In this document: positions 60,740 through 64,000 of the stretch, in pieces
How positions within the stretch are numbered: position 1 is the first letter of the stretch
Layout: every line of letters starts with the position of its first letter
NCBI GenBank assembly: GCA_054600435.1
Contig: BAAIJX010000004.1
Location: forward strand, 248,001-312,000
Direction: 5' to 3'
Origin: Neophaeotheca triangularis
Taxonomy: Eukaryota
Length of the DNA stretch: 64,000 nucleotides
Notes under the pieces: model-generated
Told to the model about the DNA's origin: nothing
The model's input: only the letters and a program-made list of their open reading frames with translations
The model's database searches: none
Program-made: the position numbers and the translations under genes

Positions 60740-60792
<53 letters not shown>
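60740..60792 (+). repeat. Poly(A) homopolymer, 53 nt
   Basis: Directly visible; intergenic. Confidence 0.95.
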
Positions 60793-60793
<1 letters not shown>

Positions 60794-61338
60794 GAGCAAA
60801 CCGGCCTTGAATTGACATATTCAAGGTGCGTGTGGGTTAAGTGCCCCGGTTTCTCTTCTCCGTACAGGCGGAGTTTCTCTTTTGCTCTTGGAGACTTCGT
60901 GACCCAAGTTGTTGGGAAGTGAATTGTTCCCCTTTATCTTTCCGGCCTTCTCCCTAGGCAGCCGTAGAGTGTGCAGTCAGAGCGGCCTTCGTTTTTAAAT
61001 GTCAACCTGGGCAAATCACTCTAGTCAATCTGATTTCAACGGAGAGGAACCTTCCTACGAGCAATTCAGCGAGTGGGAAATCCTTAAAGTACTGATTGAA
61101 AATGGTATCTATCGTTCTTTCATCTGAACTGCCAACTGCTTAACAACGTTCAAAACAGCGAACCCAATGTATCGAATAGTATATAAGACGGGTAGGTTGC
61201 GGCTGTGGCGTCGGCAAGCTGAGCTCCTTGCATATAAGACTACGCCTTCACCACATAATAATACGAACTTCAACTTTCCCTTGTCATCCTCTTCTCTCCT
61301 GCATCCAAACCTATTTCCTGGCCAAAATCGTCCCGAAA

Positions 61339-62289
61339 ATGGTAAAAGTAGTAGTAGGCCTTATGGGCTCGAGCGTCGCAAAAGGATCGAGCAAACTCGC
61401 TACATCTGAACAACTCCAGCCCTTCCTCGACGCATGCAAGAAGCACGGCGTCAAGGAGCTCGATACGGCTCGTGTCTACAACAGCGGCAAGAGCGAAGAG
61501 CTCCTCGGCGCAATTTCAACGGTCAAGAACGACTTCGCAATCCAAACAAAAGCCCCGGGGTTCATGCCTGGTTCTTTGACATACGACAAAGTCATTACCG
61601 CGTGCAGCGCATCCCTCGCGGCGCTGAAACAGGACAAAATCGACATTTACTACTTCCACGGTCCGGATCGCCAAACACCGCTTCAAGAGTCGTGCCGTGC
61701 GATCAACGACCTCCATCGCCAGGGTAAATTCGCTCGCTTTGGCGTCAGCAACTGCCGTGCCGATGAAGTCGAGGAGATCGCTTCCCTCTGCAAAGCCAAC
61801 GGCTGGGTGCGACCTTCAGTCTACCAAGGCGGTTACAACCCTCTCCTACGCACCGCAGAGGATGCGCTTTTCCCGACTCTGCGGAAGCACGGCATGGTCT
61901 TTTACGCTTACAGCCCGCTGGGAGGAGGGTACTTCTCTCGTCCGGTCGAGCAGCTTCGGACTCCGCCCGCTGGAGGTCGTATGGAGCAGATGAGTGTGTT
62001 TAGTAGCATTTACGTGAATGATCTTTCGCTGGAGCTTCGTGAGATGCTGGATGTTGCTTGTGAAAAGGGGGGGTTGACGGTCAAGGAGGCGACGTTGAAG
62101 TGGTTTATCCATCATTCGGCGCTGGGGGATGAAGATGCCGTTATCCTTGGCGGCTCGAGCGTTCAACAGATGGAGGAGAATCTTGCTGCGACTGAGCAGG
62201 GGCCCTTACCGATGGATGTGGTTGAAGCTTTTGAAGCGCTGTGGAAACGGTACCGCGATGCTGGGAAGGCCCCGGCGTACTGCGTGTGA
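61339..62289 (+). CDS. Aldo-keto reductase (aflatoxin B1 aldehyde reductase / AKR7-like)
   Basis: LDTARVY, IQTK, IDIYYFHGPDR, FGVSN, PSVYQGGYN, YAYSPLGGG, VILGGSS. Confidence 0.92.
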   Translation: MVKVVVGLMGSSVAKGSSKLATSEQLQPFLDACKKHGVKELDTARVYNSGKSEELLGAISTVKNDFAIQTKAPGFMPGSLTYDKVITACSASLAALKQDKIDIYYFHGPDRQTPLQESCRAINDLHRQGKFARFGVSNCRADEVEEIASLCKANGWVRPSVYQGGYNPLLRTAEDALFPTLRKHGMVFYAYSPLGGGYFSRPVEQLRTPPAGGRMEQMSVFSSIYVNDLSLELREMLDVACEKGGLTVKEATLKWFIHHSALGDEDAVILGGSSVQQMEENLAATEQGPLPMDVVEAFEALWKRYRDAGKAPAYCV

Positions 62290-62367
62290 AGATCGATCAG
62301 CTTCGCTCTGTGAAAGTGTATCCAACGGCGGCTCCATGAACAAAGATTGCCACCCCTGTTGTCATCT

Positions 62368-64000
62368 TCACAGCCCCATCTTCTGCCAAATTTTCCTGCG
62401 GTTCTTCACGGGCTCCGGCCCATCTACAATCTCCACTACGTCGGCTACGCGATGGCGAAAGCTCTCGTTGGCTATCGATTCGATGTCGATATCCACCACG
62501 TACAACACGCGTCCGCCGTCTATAATCGTTTGCACGTCCACCCTGACCCGGTGCCAACGTAGACTCATGACAGTACCCGGCGGTTGCGGCTGAAAAGTCT
62601 CCTCCATAGCAGCCATGCCTTGAAGCCCCTCCTTCTCTCGAGCTTCGAACCCAATCTCAAAGTTCTCGTGAGAGCCCATCAACAACCCGAAGTCTTCCTC
62701 GTCCTCTCTTCGCCTAAATAGTATTGCCGCGGAAAGTTGTCTCGAACCTTTTTGGAACTTGAAACATGCCGGAAACTCCCTAGGCATCCATTCGCGAGCG
62801 TGGGACGTAAGAGCCGGCATGAAGTGCCGATCTTCGGCCGAAAGACCCTTCTGTACAACGTCGACGATACCGTACTCTTCCCTCGCCGCTTTGCAGCGTC
62901 GGAGCTGGAAGAAGTGGTGAGGGTAGACCTTGTGTCCAGCGGGCCGAAGAACGTTCTGGCGCACAAACACTGTGCTGAGCTGGCCACGCACTTCCAGACT
63001 GCCCAGTCGCTCGCACTTGACTCGCACGTACTGGCTATCTCCCTCGTCCAGCTTTTTCAGCCAGATAGCCAGGAACCCGCTGTACTCTGGCGGTGCTGGA
63101 CAATGCAGCGCTGCCACGTAAAGGTCCGGCCCCATACGGCTGAGGTGTAGTTGAATGCTCAGGCCGCGGTTACTCATGACATACGGCGCTCGCTCTTCCC
63201 AATCGTGATAGCCGAATTTGTCGCCAGCGCCGTTGAAGTCACTAGGTGCGTCAGCCAGGAGCCCGTGGTAGGCTTCGCTATCCGTGCCACGAGGTTTCGC
63301 CCAGGCAAAGATGGACTGGTCATCACTCTGCTTCATTATCTCCTCCTGCAAGCGCTTGAAAGCTCGCATGCCCTCGCCGTAAAGCATCGGCATGTTGACG
63401 TCGAAGAGACCCATGAGGCAGTATGCGTTGTCCTCGGAGCGGGTAGTCTTTCGCGCCGCCGCCCAGGAGAAGCGTTTCGCGACGCTTGCGGAATCCAGAG
63501 GCCTGTACCCAGTTAAGAAGTCTGCGTCGATACCGGTGATGGCGGCGATTTGTTTGGCGAGAGTGTTTTTCGTGCCTAGAGCTACCCAGTTCCGCGAGTA
63601 GAAGATCACGTCTTTCGGCGCGAGTAGCTCTTGCAGCGTCCTGCGCCGGGACTGTTAGCGGCGAAGCACAGCCGAAATGATGAATATGCATACCACCCTC
63701 TCTCCCACCATTCGCTGCTCGCAAATGCCGAGTATGGATGGTCCAGGTCGACATCGTCCGGAACATCGGCCAGATAAGCGTAACAGACGACAGCATCTCT
63801 ATACCAGGCAAACATCGAATTGATGGCTTCGCTCAACTCGGACGAGCTGGCTTTGTTGATGCATGTCGTGTCGGCCCAGATGTAGCCCCAGCCATCTCGT
63901 TGCGCTTGTCGAAAGGCGCCTTCGAGTTTCCTGGAGCCGCCTTGCTTGTGTCTCTCCAAGATACGTGGGTTGGGCTCAGCTTGCACATCCTCGAATTGAA
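62368..64000 (-). CDS. HET-domain protein (heterokaryon-incompatibility type), 5' end outside window; intron ~63641-63692
   Basis: YIWADTTCINKASSSELSEAINSMFAWYRDAVVCYAYLADV..WWERGW|TLQELLAP..FYSRNW..RKTTRSEDNAYCLMGLFDVNMPMLYGEG..AFKRLQEEI. Confidence 0.92.

Noticed and set aside
60475..60810. 111-aa ORF ending in poly-Lys
   Set aside because: Artefact of the poly(A) tract.

Overview
Eukaryotic DNA from a filamentous ascomycete, most likely a Dothideomycete. This rests on GT-AG introns with CTRAC branch sites, a HET-domain gene and heavy RIP (C-to-T, TpA-rich) damage. Two gene-dense host segments (1-11.0 kb and 36.4-64 kb) flank one 25.3-kb island of nested transposons. Host genes: two tandem orphan paralogs, GTT3-like, MME1-like carrier, Yip1-domain, eIF5B, CMD, cupin, JmjC-like, cullin-1, Spf1 P5A-ATPase, thiolase-like, Scn1/TatD, AKR and HET. 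Terminal repeats and target-site duplications resolve the island into four layers. (A) A ~5.6-kb three-gene TIR DNA transposon (Clr5 + DDE integrase, IS3EU/Styx-like) at 11031-36357. (B) A ~12-kb minus-strand Ty3/Gypsy element at 12241-31957, inserted in A's transposase. (C) A solo LTR at 21943-29680, inserted in B's gag. (D) A full-length chromovirus at 22190-29439, inserted in C. The main finding is invisible in the ORF track because of RIP stops: element B carries, between pol and its 3' LTR, an extra ~1,000-codon gene with a 2OG-Fe(II) dioxygenase-type HxD...H...R signature. That gene is preceded by a 5-copy array of a 25-bp palindrome (ATTGTT-N13-AACAAT, HMG-box-type half sites). The palindrome also occurs in both B LTRs, in frame inside pol, and in degenerate form in the unrelated outer transposon. 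All translations and de-RIP reconstructions were done by eye; no database searches were run.
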